DNA of 64,000 nucleotides, taken from sequence record OQ722176.1; one strand, 5' to 3'. Made by a program: the position numbers and the translations under genes. Shown piece by piece: positions 1-8,408 of the stretch (positions are counted from its first letter, which is position 1; the number at the start of each line of letters is the position of its first letter). A model generated the notes under the pieces. It was not told where the DNA came from. It made no database searches and saw nothing but the letters and a program-made list of their open reading frames with translations.

Positions 1-385
1 CGTACGGGTCGATGACATCTTCAGTCGAACCCCACATAAACAAGCTGTTTGGCGTCATGTCTGGGATTGCCATTGAGTTGATAGTCAGATCTCGACGAGA
101 TAAATCATCTTCTAAAGTCACACCATCGGTTGTGAACGTAAAGTCAGTTGTTTTGCCGCCAGTACTTCTCTCAACACGTGCAAGTGCAACTTCATTGCCT
201 TGTTTGTCTAACCACACGGGAAAATCTGCCCCGATGGGTTCACCGTACATCATTTTCATTTGTTCATGCGTGCAATTTGTCACGACGTAATCAATGTCGT
301 TCGGGAACTGAGCCCATCCATCAACATGTTTCAGAATTGAGTCGCGAACTGCACCGCCAACGATATATTTCTTCATTTCGAACAT
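1..385 (-). CDS. cca: tRNA nucleotidyltransferase (CCA-adding enzyme), N-terminal part, truncated by window edge
   Basis: Not in ORF track. Manual translation gives MFEMKKYIVGGAVRDSIL..NDIDYVV..GADFPVWL..EVALARVER..VTLEDDLSRRDLTINSMAI..VIDPY, which are class II CCA motifs (GGAVRD, DxD, RRDLTIN). AAGGAG SD upstream. Confidence 0.92.
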   Translation of the reverse strand, partial: MFEMKKYIVGGAVRDSILKHVDGWAQFPNDIDYVVTNCTHEQMKMMYGEPIGADFPVWLDKQGNEVALARVERSTGGKTTDFTFTTDGVTLEDDLSRRDLTINSMAIPDMTPNSLFMWGSTEDVIDPY

Positions 386-457
386 TTTAAATCTCCTTTG
401 TAGACCTACACAATACAAGACTAAATAATATAAGTCAACCAGATATATGGGAAGATT

Positions 458-799
458 ATGGAATATACGAAATACGAAATAGAAAAGTATCGAAGTCGCC
501 GTAGTCATGGTATCAATCTACCTGATTACAAAGGGGCGATTTACATCGACTTGCAAAGCAGCCCATGTGGTTCAGACAGCAATTATTTCGCTGTTCTTAA
601 TAGCGAAGAGCAAGTTGCAGTCGAGATAGCTTTCGGAGGGTATTATAACGAATCTGAGCCAGACCGTGACCCGATACCAGAAGATACAGATTTTCATTTG
701 ATTGGCTCTCAAGGACATTACGAAGTTCAAGGGAGAATGTTTAACAGCAACATGCGAGTTTGGCTGCGTGGTGTAGGTAGAATAACAGTAATTTACTAA
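458..799 (+). CDS. hypothetical protein (late)
   Basis: 113-aa ORF with GGAAG SD, downstream of ACTAAATA. Confidence 0.7.
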   Translation: MEYTKYEIEKYRSRRSHGINLPDYKGAIYIDLQSSPCGSDSNYFAVLNSEEQVAVEIAFGGYYNESEPDRDPIPEDTDFHLIGSQGHYEVQGRMFNSNMRVWLRGVGRITVIY

Positions 800-808
800 G
801 GAAATACT

Positions 809-2269
809 ATGTCAAGTATTAATATACCGGGCTTCGGGTTTACTGCTATCCCTGAAGCACCAAACGACGGTCAGCTTTACGCTCGTCGTGATGCTACATG
901 GGAGCTTGTAGCTCTATCAGATGGGGTATTAGAAGCACCAGCCGATGGTACTGAGTACGTAAGAAAAGATTTACAATGGGTGCATCCAACATACCCGATG
1001 TATTCAGCCGTTGAGATTTCATTTACGGCAACAAACTCAAATATTCAGGCAACGGACGTTGCTGGCGCGATTGAGGAGCTTTATGAAAAATACCCTCAAA
1101 ATATGGTCTTCGTTCGAAGTTCTGCTGACTTGCCAACGCCGCAATTACTAAACGGTGTTCTGACTCACAAACTTGAGCCGTATGAATATGTGATTGACGG
1201 TGATGTTTCAATCACCGCAGCAATCGGATTCCCAGGTCCCGGTCAGAGTGCTACGATTCGTGCTGTGAATCGCTCGTTGTTGATATACACCGGAACAGCG
1301 GCAATGTTTCATGACTTGAGCGCACAGGGTTCAATCGAAATTGGTGGTCAAACTGAGTTTCAAGCACCTAATGGAGATATGTTCAATCTACTATCAGGCG
1401 CAGGCGGATTCTCGTTTCAGTCGTCTAAAGCTGACCGTTTTACAAACTGTGATAGACTAGGTGAAGTGTATTGTAATGGTCTATCTACGTTTGTATTGAA
1501 CAATGGTACATTTAGAAACTTCAATCAGGGACTGATTGTTCATGACCCAGGTTTCTTTGAAATCAACACGTTCTTTGCATTCGGTAACAACCAAGTCGGG
1601 TGTACATATTTCACAGTTGAGGGAACATCATCGTCTGGCTCAGTGAACATGGATACATTGACTGTTTCAGTCGGATCAAACGAAACAGTATTCAACTTCA
1701 ACCCGAATATTCAGAACACAATTGATACGATTAATGTCAGAGATTGTACACTGAGGGGTCCACTTAACGGTCAGATATTTGCACCGGGAAGTCTTACACC
1801 GAGAGACCGTAAATTCGAAGCAACTGGTAACACGCTTATCGGAAACACTGTTCATGGTGGCTTGATTTATCTAAGCGGTAACACGACACAAACACCAGTT
1901 GCGGCAATCAATACGCCGACTAAGGCACTTGGCACGTGGACAACTGCTGATATATCTCACTTCAATCACACAGTAAACGGTGCATTACAATCGGAAGTAA
2001 TACGCAATATATCAAGTAGCGTTGATTTGTCGGTAAGTGTTCAGCCGGCTTCTGGTAACGGTGTAGTTATTCGATGCTATCTAGCTAAGAATGGCGTACC
2101 TATTGCAGCTAGTGCTAAAACAACGACGGCTGATAACGGAAAAACGGCAAACTTGTCTATTTCATGGCATGTTGATATAGCACAGAACGATTATTTTGAA
2201 TTGTTTGTAGAGAACAGAACTGGTACAACACCAATCATCGTCACGGACGCGACATTGCGCATACCGTAA
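809..2269 (+). CDS. putative trimeric fibre/adhesin with two N-terminal foldon-like repeats
   Basis: IPEAPNDGQLYARRDATW and LEAPADGTEYVRKDLQW resemble the T4 fibritin foldon; beta-rich body; C-terminal jelly-roll-like segment (NDYFELFVEN). Confidence 0.6.
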   Translation: MSSINIPGFGFTAIPEAPNDGQLYARRDATWELVALSDGVLEAPADGTEYVRKDLQWVHPTYPMYSAVEISFTATNSNIQATDVAGAIEELYEKYPQNMVFVRSSADLPTPQLLNGVLTHKLEPYEYVIDGDVSITAAIGFPGPGQSATIRAVNRSLLIYTGTAAMFHDLSAQGSIEIGGQTEFQAPNGDMFNLLSGAGGFSFQSSKADRFTNCDRLGEVYCNGLSTFVLNNGTFRNFNQGLIVHDPGFFEINTFFAFGNNQVGCTYFTVEGTSSSGSVNMDTLTVSVGSNETVFNFNPNIQNTIDTINVRDCTLRGPLNGQIFAPGSLTPRDRKFEATGNTLIGNTVHGGLIYLSGNTTQTPVAAINTPTKALGTWTTADISHFNHTVNGALQSEVIRNISSSVDLSVSVQPASGNGVVIRCYLAKNGVPIAASAKTTTADNGKTANLSISWHVDIAQNDYFELFVENRTGTTPIIVTDATLRIP

Positions 2270-2304
2270 TAAATAGAACTGAATGAATTAATTTGGAGAT
2301 TCAA

Positions 2305-2808
2305 ATGAGTCAATTGAAAACACATGCAGATTCACTAACAAAAGCTGAACTAGATGAATTCGCACAAGAATATTTCGGCATCGACTTAGATCGTCGTAAA
2401 TCAAAAGGCGCAATGACTAAAGCACTGCTAGAAGCTGCTGAAGACAAAACGCCACTTAAACAACTGCCATGGGAAGAGCTTCTTTTAGAAGAAACGCCTG
2501 AGCCAGAAGCTGAAGTTGTCCCAGAGCCAGTAGCTGAAGTGAAAGAAACGTCGGTAGCAGTTGAACTACCAAAAGATGAATCATTCTCGCCGATTAAGCT
2601 TGCATTCAAGCGCGGTGCTGAACAATTCATGATTGCGTCTGCTTCTGCCGTTGACTCTGCAACTGCAATTTTATCAGGTAAAGATACGCTTGAAAGTGTA
2701 TTGGCGTCTGATCTACGAGTTGTGAAATCAATTTTACATTACGTTGAACGTGATGGTAAAGTATTGGTGCGCGAAACTCGAAACAGTCAATTTATCACAA
2801 TCAAATAA
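2305..2808 (+). CDS. inh: Inh-like minor head protein / prohead protease inhibitor
   Basis: C-terminus DGKVLVRETRNSQFITIK matches T4 Inh (DGSVLIRETRNSSF); N-terminal FAQEYFGIDL; AATAAATA upstream. Confidence 0.8.
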   Translation: MSQLKTHADSLTKAELDEFAQEYFGIDLDRRKSKGAMTKALLEAAEDKTPLKQLPWEELLLEETPEPEAEVVPEPVAEVKETSVAVELPKDESFSPIKLAFKRGAEQFMIASASAVDSATAILSGKDTLESVLASDLRVVKSILHYVERDGKVLVRETRNSQFITIK

Positions 2809-2817
2809 GGTAACGAA

Positions 2818-3147
2818 ATGACAACACCAATTAACACAGAACTGAACTTGACTGTTACTACAGATCAAACCGTAGTTGATGCTGCTATTCTAGCAAAAAG
2901 CGGCTACGATGATGCTGACCAGTCACCGCTAAACCACAACGGTGAAACGTACATCATCGTTGACAAGCAAACTTATGCTGAACTAGAAGCTGCAATCGCA
3001 TCAGGTGCAGTTGGTTCAATCGACGGTCTATCTCAAGAATGCGTTGACATTCTAGCAGGTGCTGAAGATGGTATAACTCTATTGTGTCGCGAACATACGA
3101 ATAGTCGATTCTTCAGAATTGAATTCGTTGTTGCTGTAGCACCATAA
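2818..3147 (+). CDS. hypothetical protein
   Basis: 109-aa ORF, AAGGT SD, followed by terminator. Confidence 0.7.
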   Translation: MTTPINTELNLTVTTDQTVVDAAILAKSGYDDADQSPLNHNGETYIIVDKQTYAELEAAIASGAVGSIDGLSQECVDILAGAEDGITLLCREHTNSRFFRIEFVVAVAP

Positions 3148-3148
3148 C

Positions 3149-3176
3149 AAAAAGCCCGCAATTAGCGGGCTTTTTT
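3149..3176. terminator. bidirectional intrinsic terminator
   Basis: AAAAAGCCCGC-aatta-GCGGGCTTTTTT between convergent genes. Confidence 0.9.
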
Positions 3177-3204
3177 AGGTCTGTACGACGCTCTGTGTGC
3201 GATT

Positions 3205-4383
3205 CTAAGCGACGAACGCTACACGCTGTACGATTGTCTGTTTTTCGTCACGAAACTCGCTGTGCTCTTTTACAGTAGCTTTAATCGTAACAGTCTCACC
3301 AGTTTCAATCTTGTCGTTGTCATTGTTGCGTAGACGTTTAGTACCAAACCAGATAATTAGGTTGTTTTGCTCATCACGGAAGCGGTGGATAAATGTGTCA
3401 CCGTAGTAACCTTCAGTCACGATTGTTTTCTCAAGAGTCACAGTGAAGTTTTCACGCTTCTTAACAGTACCGACGTGCTCAGACTCTGGTAGATCAGCTT
3501 TGCGCTCTGCTTCTAGTTTAGCTAGAATCTCACGCTCTTTTGCTTTGTTGTAAGCAACGATGGCTGCTGCTATGAAACCAGTTTGTTTGTATTCAACGAA
3601 CGGTGCAGTGCAAGACGCGATTACATTGTGCATGAAATCGTTAGTTGCTTCTTGATTAGCAACCCACTCTAAGATTTCTTTTGCTTGCTCTTCACACTTG
3701 TCGTAGTTGTATTCAGCAAGCATTGCATCACGCTCTTCGCGCATTTCTTTTGTCTGTGCGTTGATCATGTTCATTACCCACTGACGAGTGATGCCACCGC
3801 CGTGGTATGAACCGTTATGCTCAACATACATAGCAGCCCAAGAAACAATCTGAAGCGCATTGTATACTGGTTTAGAAGAACCACGACCCCATGAATCTTC
3901 TTCACCGAATTCTGAAATTGCGACGTAGAATGTAGCTAGTGAGTCGATTGATTTAGTAGGCAAGTAGTATTTCAGACATGAACCACCCACGCGAATCTCT
4001 TCTTTTGTCTCTTCGTTTTGAATAACGTAAGTCACGTTACGCTGACGATTTGAGTTGCAGTGATCGCATGTAGTATCGCCAAGAAGATGACGGTGATTTG
4101 TTTCGTTGTTTGAACGAACAAGATTTGTTGCGTGATCAAGTTGAGTCAAGAATGACCAACCTTTGTTTGATGGGTATTCACCGCGAATCGTAACGTCAAC
4201 GTAGTATTCACGCTCTTTTTGACCGTTTACTACACGAACTACTGAGTAAACTTCACCGAATTCAGATTCGATTTCAGCAACGTTTAGACGCTTTGCAATT
4301 TTGTTAGTTGATGCAACACGAGCTTCGAACTCGCTCATGAAGATAGAACGGATTGTGTAAGTGTTTTCGAATTGGTTAGTCAT
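3205..4383 (-). CDS. early protein with Zn-binding motif and C-terminal OB-like fold
   Basis: CDHC...GGSC motif; C-terminal HVGTVKKRE..FRDEQNNLIIWF..GETVTIKATVKEH resembles OB folds. Confidence 0.6.
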   Translation of the reverse strand: MTNQFENTYTIRSIFMSEFEARVASTNKIAKRLNVAEIESEFGEVYSVVRVVNGQKEREYYVDVTIRGEYPSNKGWSFLTQLDHATNLVRSNNETNHRHLLGDTTCDHCNSNRQRNVTYVIQNEETKEEIRVGGSCLKYYLPTKSIDSLATFYVAISEFGEEDSWGRGSSKPVYNALQIVSWAAMYVEHNGSYHGGGITRQWVMNMINAQTKEMREERDAMLAEYNYDKCEEQAKEILEWVANQEATNDFMHNVIASCTAPFVEYKQTGFIAAAIVAYNKAKEREILAKLEAERKADLPESEHVGTVKKRENFTVTLEKTIVTEGYYGDTFIHRFRDEQNNLIIWFGTKRLRNNDNDKIETGETVTIKATVKEHSEFRDEKQTIVQRVAFVA

Positions 4384-4422
4384 AATATTCTCTCTCAGTT
4401 AGTCGATGTCGTTTCGATGTAG
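4381..4422 (-). repeat. conserved early-gene leader, copy
   Basis: CTACATCGAAACGACATCGACTAACtgAGAGAGAAtattATG; 25 bp identical to 57906. Confidence 0.9.
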
Positions 4423-4424
4423 AG

Positions 4425-4453
4425 ATAATACGACTTTATGGTGAAAGTGTCAA
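4425..4453 (-). promoter_or_regulatory. sigma70-type early promoter
   Basis: TTGACA-17-TATTAT on minus strand. Confidence 0.9.
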
Positions 4454-4464
4454 TAGGTAAAAAC

Positions 4465-4490
4465 AAAAAAGCGCAAATTAATGCGCTTTT
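4465..4490 (-). terminator. intrinsic terminator
   Basis: AAAAAGCGCA-aatta-aTGCGCTTTT. Confidence 0.8.
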
Positions 4491-4492
4491 GT

Positions 4493-5473
4493 TTATTTGT
4501 TGAGCGTGAACATAGTTACATCGCCTTGAGTTTCAAACGAAGGCTTGTACCCATGCTTGCTACCATATCGTTGGAATAGACGCTTGTACAATCTAACTCG
4601 CTTCTCATTCCCATCTTTGATTGATGTCGCGATTGTATTACAGTTGTATGTCGTTGCGAATTTAACCGTTTCGTTGACTACTGTAGCGAACACTTGAAGC
4701 GGGTTTTCAGACGCGGTTAAATCATTCGTCCAACTTCCCATGTATCGAACTTGAAAATGCACTTCAACGCCGCCAACTGACTCTGGCGGATTGAAATTGA
4801 ACAACTCGCCATTATCACCCCAATTAATATCGTGCGGTACTAGAATAACACGATATGTTTGTTGACCAATCTGAAATAGACCTTCAACTGGCTTTTTGTC
4901 ACCCTTCGGGTCATCGCCTTTCGGATACATTACTTTAGCAGGCTTGTCCATAGATTCAGAGAACAGACTAGATTCACTCAAGTTTACCGATGTTAGCCAT
5001 TCAGACCACGTCTTTTTATTGCCGATTTTAGCAAATGGGATGTCGTCATGATCTAGCCATTGAGCCGAACGGTCATAAGACTGAGTAGTGTTGAACCCAC
5101 GATAATCATCACCAACCCACAGCCATTTGTGGTGCCAGATCTGATTTACTTGACGTGGCTTAGAAACAGCACCGTCTTTGTAAGTAACCATTAAACCAGC
5201 CGCAGGTTCTTGAACAGTATCAAATTCAACTGAGTCATAGAACGCTACCCCACCTTTCTTGTAGTCAATGCGTACGATATTCGGTGTGAATTGTGGATTA
5301 GCAATAGAAACTTGCGTACGAGCATCAGCAACCATTTGCTTGAACTCGTCTGGTACGTAGTCAACGTGAACATATAATGAACCACCGATGTCTTTACCCA
5401 CGCCCCATTTGCTGCGTTTAATCGCGCTACCTTTGCGAGTTTTCAACGTCGCACGTTCAAAAATCATGTTCAT
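4493..5473 (-). CDS. two-domain late protein; N-domain resembles the accessory domain of phosphorothioation-associated methyltransferases; C-domain shared with ORF 49708
   Basis: GKDIGGSLYVH..NIVR..EFDT..QIWHHKWLWVGDDY..IGNKKTWSEWL; C-domain motif KRVRLYKR. Confidence 0.6.
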   Translation of the reverse strand: MNMIFERATLKTRKGSAIKRSKWGVGKDIGGSLYVHVDYVPDEFKQMVADARTQVSIANPQFTPNIVRIDYKKGGVAFYDSVEFDTVQEPAAGLMVTYKDGAVSKPRQVNQIWHHKWLWVGDDYRGFNTTQSYDRSAQWLDHDDIPFAKIGNKKTWSEWLTSVNLSESSLFSESMDKPAKVMYPKGDDPKGDKKPVEGLFQIGQQTYRVILVPHDINWGDNGELFNFNPPESVGGVEVHFQVRYMGSWTNDLTASENPLQVFATVVNETVKFATTYNCNTIATSIKDGNEKRVRLYKRLFQRYGSKHGYKPSFETQGDVTMFTLNK

Positions 5474-6063
5474 CGTCTTGCCTCGTTGGTAATGTTTCTG
5501 ATCATTCGTACTGCGAATTGAGTATCGCCTGTCATTGCTGCTGAAGCTGCCTTATCGACGTAAAACGTGCTATCTTCAATCATGTTCAGGTGATGATAGA
5601 TTTCGCGAAAATCATGTCGGTCGTACTCGCGATCATTGAATCGTAGTGCACCTGCTTTCTTGTCATCATCGTGAACACGCTTGTACTCATCAACGACGCG
5701 AATCATTTCAGCGGCGTATTTCTTCATTGTCATGTTGTCAAGCTTCAGTCTCTTAGCTGCTGCCATGACTTCTTCACGCGGTCTATCAAGCTCAATCGCA
5801 TCTTTTAGAATGTTCAAGCTGTGAATCGTGTCAACGGCTGACTTTTCCATTCTTAGTTTATGTTCTTCAAGAGAACGATTGTGCTTTTTCAATTCACCCG
5901 AAGCAGTTGCACCAGCAATTAAGCCCGCAAATGTACCCCAGAACCCACCTTTTCGTTGCAGACGTTTTTTAACCTCTCCCTTCGAACCTGCGGTCATTGC
6001 TTGAAATTGCGCCCATCGCCCGCTTTTTTTCGCTTTGTCCATTTCTGTTAAAAATTCAATCAT
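5470..6063 (-). CDS. putative internal head protein
   Basis: MIEFLTE capsid-targeting-like N-terminus; TCTAAATA promoter upstream. Confidence 0.55.
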   Translation of the reverse strand: MIEFLTEMDKAKKSGRWAQFQAMTAGSKGEVKKRLQRKGGFWGTFAGLIAGATASGELKKHNRSLEEHKLRMEKSAVDTIHSLNILKDAIELDRPREEVMAAAKRLKLDNMTMKKYAAEMIRVVDEYKRVHDDDKKAGALRFNDREYDRHDFREIYHHLNMIEDSTFYVDKAASAAMTGDTQFAVRMIRNITNEARR

Positions 6064-6088
6064 AGTTTTAACCCCTTATTGTTTATTA

Positions 6089-6097
6089 TATTTAGAC
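6089..6097 (-). promoter_or_regulatory. late promoter variant GTCTAAATA
   Basis: Same 9-mer precedes the inh-like operon and gene 34. Confidence 0.7.
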
Positions 6098-6104
6098 AGA
6101 AACG

Positions 6105-6132
6105 AAAAAAGGGCGACCGAAGTCACCCTTTT
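6105..6132 (-). terminator. intrinsic terminator
   Basis: AAAAAAGGGCGAC-cgaa-GTCACCCTTTT; TTCG loop on minus strand. Confidence 0.85.
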
Positions 6133-6144
6133 AATGTGGTTAAA

Positions 6145-6771
6145 TTAACCGTAGATTGATTTGATGTTATCGAAAAACGCACTTGATTTGTTCACTTTAG
6201 CAATCACATATGTTGCATTAGCACGAATCAATTTGGTAACATTGATTTTCTCAAGCTCTTCTTTTGGTAGATTTGCTTTATTAACAATATCTAAAATCTC
6301 ACGCGCATGGTCACGTTGAGCAATAGAAGACAAGTGGCGAATTTGTTGCTTTGTTTCTAGAGCTTTAAACGCATCAATTGCTTGTTGCCCTGCAACGGCA
6401 ACTGACAGACCGAGACCACGATTCAACGCACGAGTCAATAGCTCCTCAAACCCTCGAATAGGCTTGCGAGGCGACTTTCGTTTCGGGATGTCGATTGCTA
6501 GACGACCTTTAGTGTCTAGCGTGTAAACGTAAACTTCAACTGAGCCAAACTTTTCAAGACGGCAGACGATAATTTTATCTGACTTTTGTACGTTTGCTTG
6601 AACTCGACGACGTAGAGTTTCGCTGTATTCCCCGCCGTTCAATGCGTACACGATTTCAGCTACTGTTAGTTCACGCTTCTCTAGAAGATCGTGAACAGCT
6701 TGTCGAAATACACTGCGTTTTAGTGTTTCATTGTTTGCAAGTGCTTTGCGTACGATTTCAATGTTAGTCAT
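6145..6771 (-). CDS. hypothetical basic early protein
   Basis: 208-aa ORF, GAGAGA SD. Confidence 0.75.
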   Translation of the reverse strand: MTNIEIVRKALANNETLKRSVFRQAVHDLLEKRELTVAEIVYALNGGEYSETLRRRVQANVQKSDKIIVCRLEKFGSVEVYVYTLDTKGRLAIDIPKRKSPRKPIRGFEELLTRALNRGLGLSVAVAGQQAIDAFKALETKQQIRHLSSIAQRDHAREILDIVNKANLPKEELEKINVTKLIRANATYVIAKVNKSSAFFDNIKSIYG

Positions 6772-6787
6772 GATATATTTCTCTCAT

Positions 6788-7063
6788 TTAAAGTGGTTTT
6801 TCAACGGGAACTTGTAGTTCACTGAACTGCTCATTGCAGTATTGCACATAAGCTTCATGGAAGCTATCAAGCTCATCGTCAACAATAATCTGTTCGCCGG
6901 TGTCGAATACATACATAATGCAATCGTGCATACCAGTGGCAGTGTTATACATTGGTTCAGTTGTGAATCTCACACCGCACGGCGTGAAAAGCTCAGTTCT
7001 GACTTCAGGCGCAGAAACTTGTTCTGCGTTGTATTCAGCAAATGCTTTTTCAAGAATAGTCAT
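6788..7063 (-). CDS. hypothetical early protein
   Basis: Start moved to MTILEK after AGAGAGCACATT leader. Confidence 0.7.
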   Translation of the reverse strand: MTILEKAFAEYNAEQVSAPEVRTELFTPCGVRFTTEPMYNTATGMHDCIMYVFDTGEQIIVDDELDSFHEAYVQYCNEQFSELQVPVEKPL

Positions 7064-7095
7064 AATGTGCTCTCTATATTGTCTCAACGAAAACA

Positions 7096-7124
7096 AGTTT
7101 AGGCTAAGACAATATCAATGTCAA
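7096..7124 (-). promoter_or_regulatory. sigma70-type early promoter
   Basis: TTGACA-17-TAAACT. Confidence 0.8.
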
Positions 7125-7613
7125 TTACTTTTTGCGCCATTTTGCAAGTTTTTCATCATATTCGCTGTGCTTCCACAAATCAAACACGATTGTCCCACTC
7201 TGAAACCACCACACTAGTGCAATTGTATCATTCAGCTTAGGATCTTTCGGGTTTTTACCAGTGTAAAGCTCAGTACTCGGGTGTGAGTGGTAGATGGCTT
7301 TCTTGACCGCAAACTTATACCCCGTCTCTGGCTTACCGACTTCTTTCGGCGGGTGAATGTTACCTAGATACGCGACTTGATAAACCGTGTTTTTGAACAC
7401 AATACGACTAGAGTCGATATTGAAAAGCAACGTCTGATACTTAGCAGCATTCGGTGCAATTTTCCATTTATGCTTCGGTTTAGTCTCAAGTAGCTTGTCA
7501 ATCTCAGGTTCAGGTATCATCTTGCCTAGATTGTGATTCCCCCATTCCTCATCAATTGAAAGACTGATATGAACACCGTATAGAGTGTTCTCATATTCGT
7601 TGAATCGAAACAT
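7125..7613 (-). CDS. hypothetical late protein
   Basis: 162-aa ORF, last gene of late operon; MFRFNEYE N-terminus. Confidence 0.7.
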   Translation of the reverse strand: MFRFNEYENTLYGVHISLSIDEEWGNHNLGKMIPEPEIDKLLETKPKHKWKIAPNAAKYQTLLFNIDSSRIVFKNTVYQVAYLGNIHPPKEVGKPETGYKFAVKKAIYHSHPSTELYTGKNPKDPKLNDTIALVWWFQSGTIVFDLWKHSEYDEKLAKWRKK

Positions 7614-7617
7614 GTTA

Positions 7618-8130
7618 TTACCTCAGATAAGTAAAGCTGTTTGATTGGCGTTCATGAACCAGTAGTTGACCACGAAGTTTAACCCAGTGTTCAATAGTTT
7701 TCAGATCATGCGAATCGCGACGACCGATATGCCAGTCATGAATAATATCAGCCGAAAGCGGTTGATACATTTCATCACCCCGACGATAAGTAGGCATCCA
7801 CTTAGGCTTGAACTCGTCTTCGATTACAATCACTAGATCTTCGTCACCTAGCGGACAATCTAGTTTAATTGCGGTTAAATCGACTTCAGCCGCAATCTCA
7901 GCGTCTTTAATTGGAATCGCGTCTGATTCATCGACTAGATCGCATGTCGTCTTAGACTCGATTACAGTGCATTCTAGCGGCACATCAGAGTTGTTAACAA
8001 TTTCGTTAGACATTAGCTCTTCGATCATCTTGCTTTTAGTAAGTGCATTGTCGAGTTCAATGTCGTAGTGCTTCAACGCGAATTCAGCTACGCCACGTTT
8101 GGTTTGTTTCTTCAGATATTCAGTAATCAT
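7618..8130 (-). CDS. second Inh-like protein
   Basis: VAEFALKHYDIELD..TKSKMIEEL and C-terminal RGQLLVHERQSNSFTYLR parallel Inh; divergent from uvsW as T4 inh is. Confidence 0.65.
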   Translation of the reverse strand: MITEYLKKQTKRGVAEFALKHYDIELDNALTKSKMIEELMSNEIVNNSDVPLECTVIESKTTCDLVDESDAIPIKDAEIAAEVDLTAIKLDCPLGDEDLVIVIEDEFKPKWMPTYRRGDEMYQPLSADIIHDWHIGRRDSHDLKTIEHWVKLRGQLLVHERQSNSFTYLR

Positions 8131-8138
8131 AATTTCCC

Positions 8139-8345
8139 TTAGACCTTAATCGTTACCCATACATTGTCGTTCAAGTCGAAGAAAGTTACCGTATCGGTAG
8201 ACTTTTCATTTTTTCGCATTTCTTCGCGATTTGTTTCTAGTACAGGTAAATAATGTTTACACAATGTTCCGTGATATTTTCGACCGTCGCGTTCGAATTT
8301 AAGACAACCCTTGTCAAACTTCGACATCATTTCGACTCGTGTCAT
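8139..8345 (-). CDS. small hypothetical protein (possible SH3/WYL-like barrel)
   Basis: DGRKYHGTL..TVTFFDL..W pattern. Confidence 0.55.
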   Translation of the reverse strand: MTRVEMMSKFDKGCLKFERDGRKYHGTLCKHYLPVLETNREEMRKNEKSTDTVTFFDLNDNVWVTIKV

Positions 8346-8358
8346 GTTTTTAGACCCC

Positions 8359-8366
8359 TATAAATA
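8359..8366 (+). promoter_or_regulatory. T4-type late promoter for uvsW
   Basis: TATAAATA. Confidence 0.85.
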
Positions 8367-8376
8367 CAGTTATACA

Positions 8377-8385
8377 TATTTAGAC
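8377..8385 (-). promoter_or_regulatory. late promoter variant GTCTAAATA
   Basis: Divergent from the uvsW promoter; upstream of 8345/8130/7613. Confidence 0.7.
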
Positions 8386-8408
8386 AAAACTCGCATAGAG
8401 AGAAAAAC

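Noticed and set aside
12-390. Plus-strand ORFs 12..290 and 148..390
   Set aside because: Shadows of the minus-strand CCA-adding enzyme, which has clear motifs and an SD
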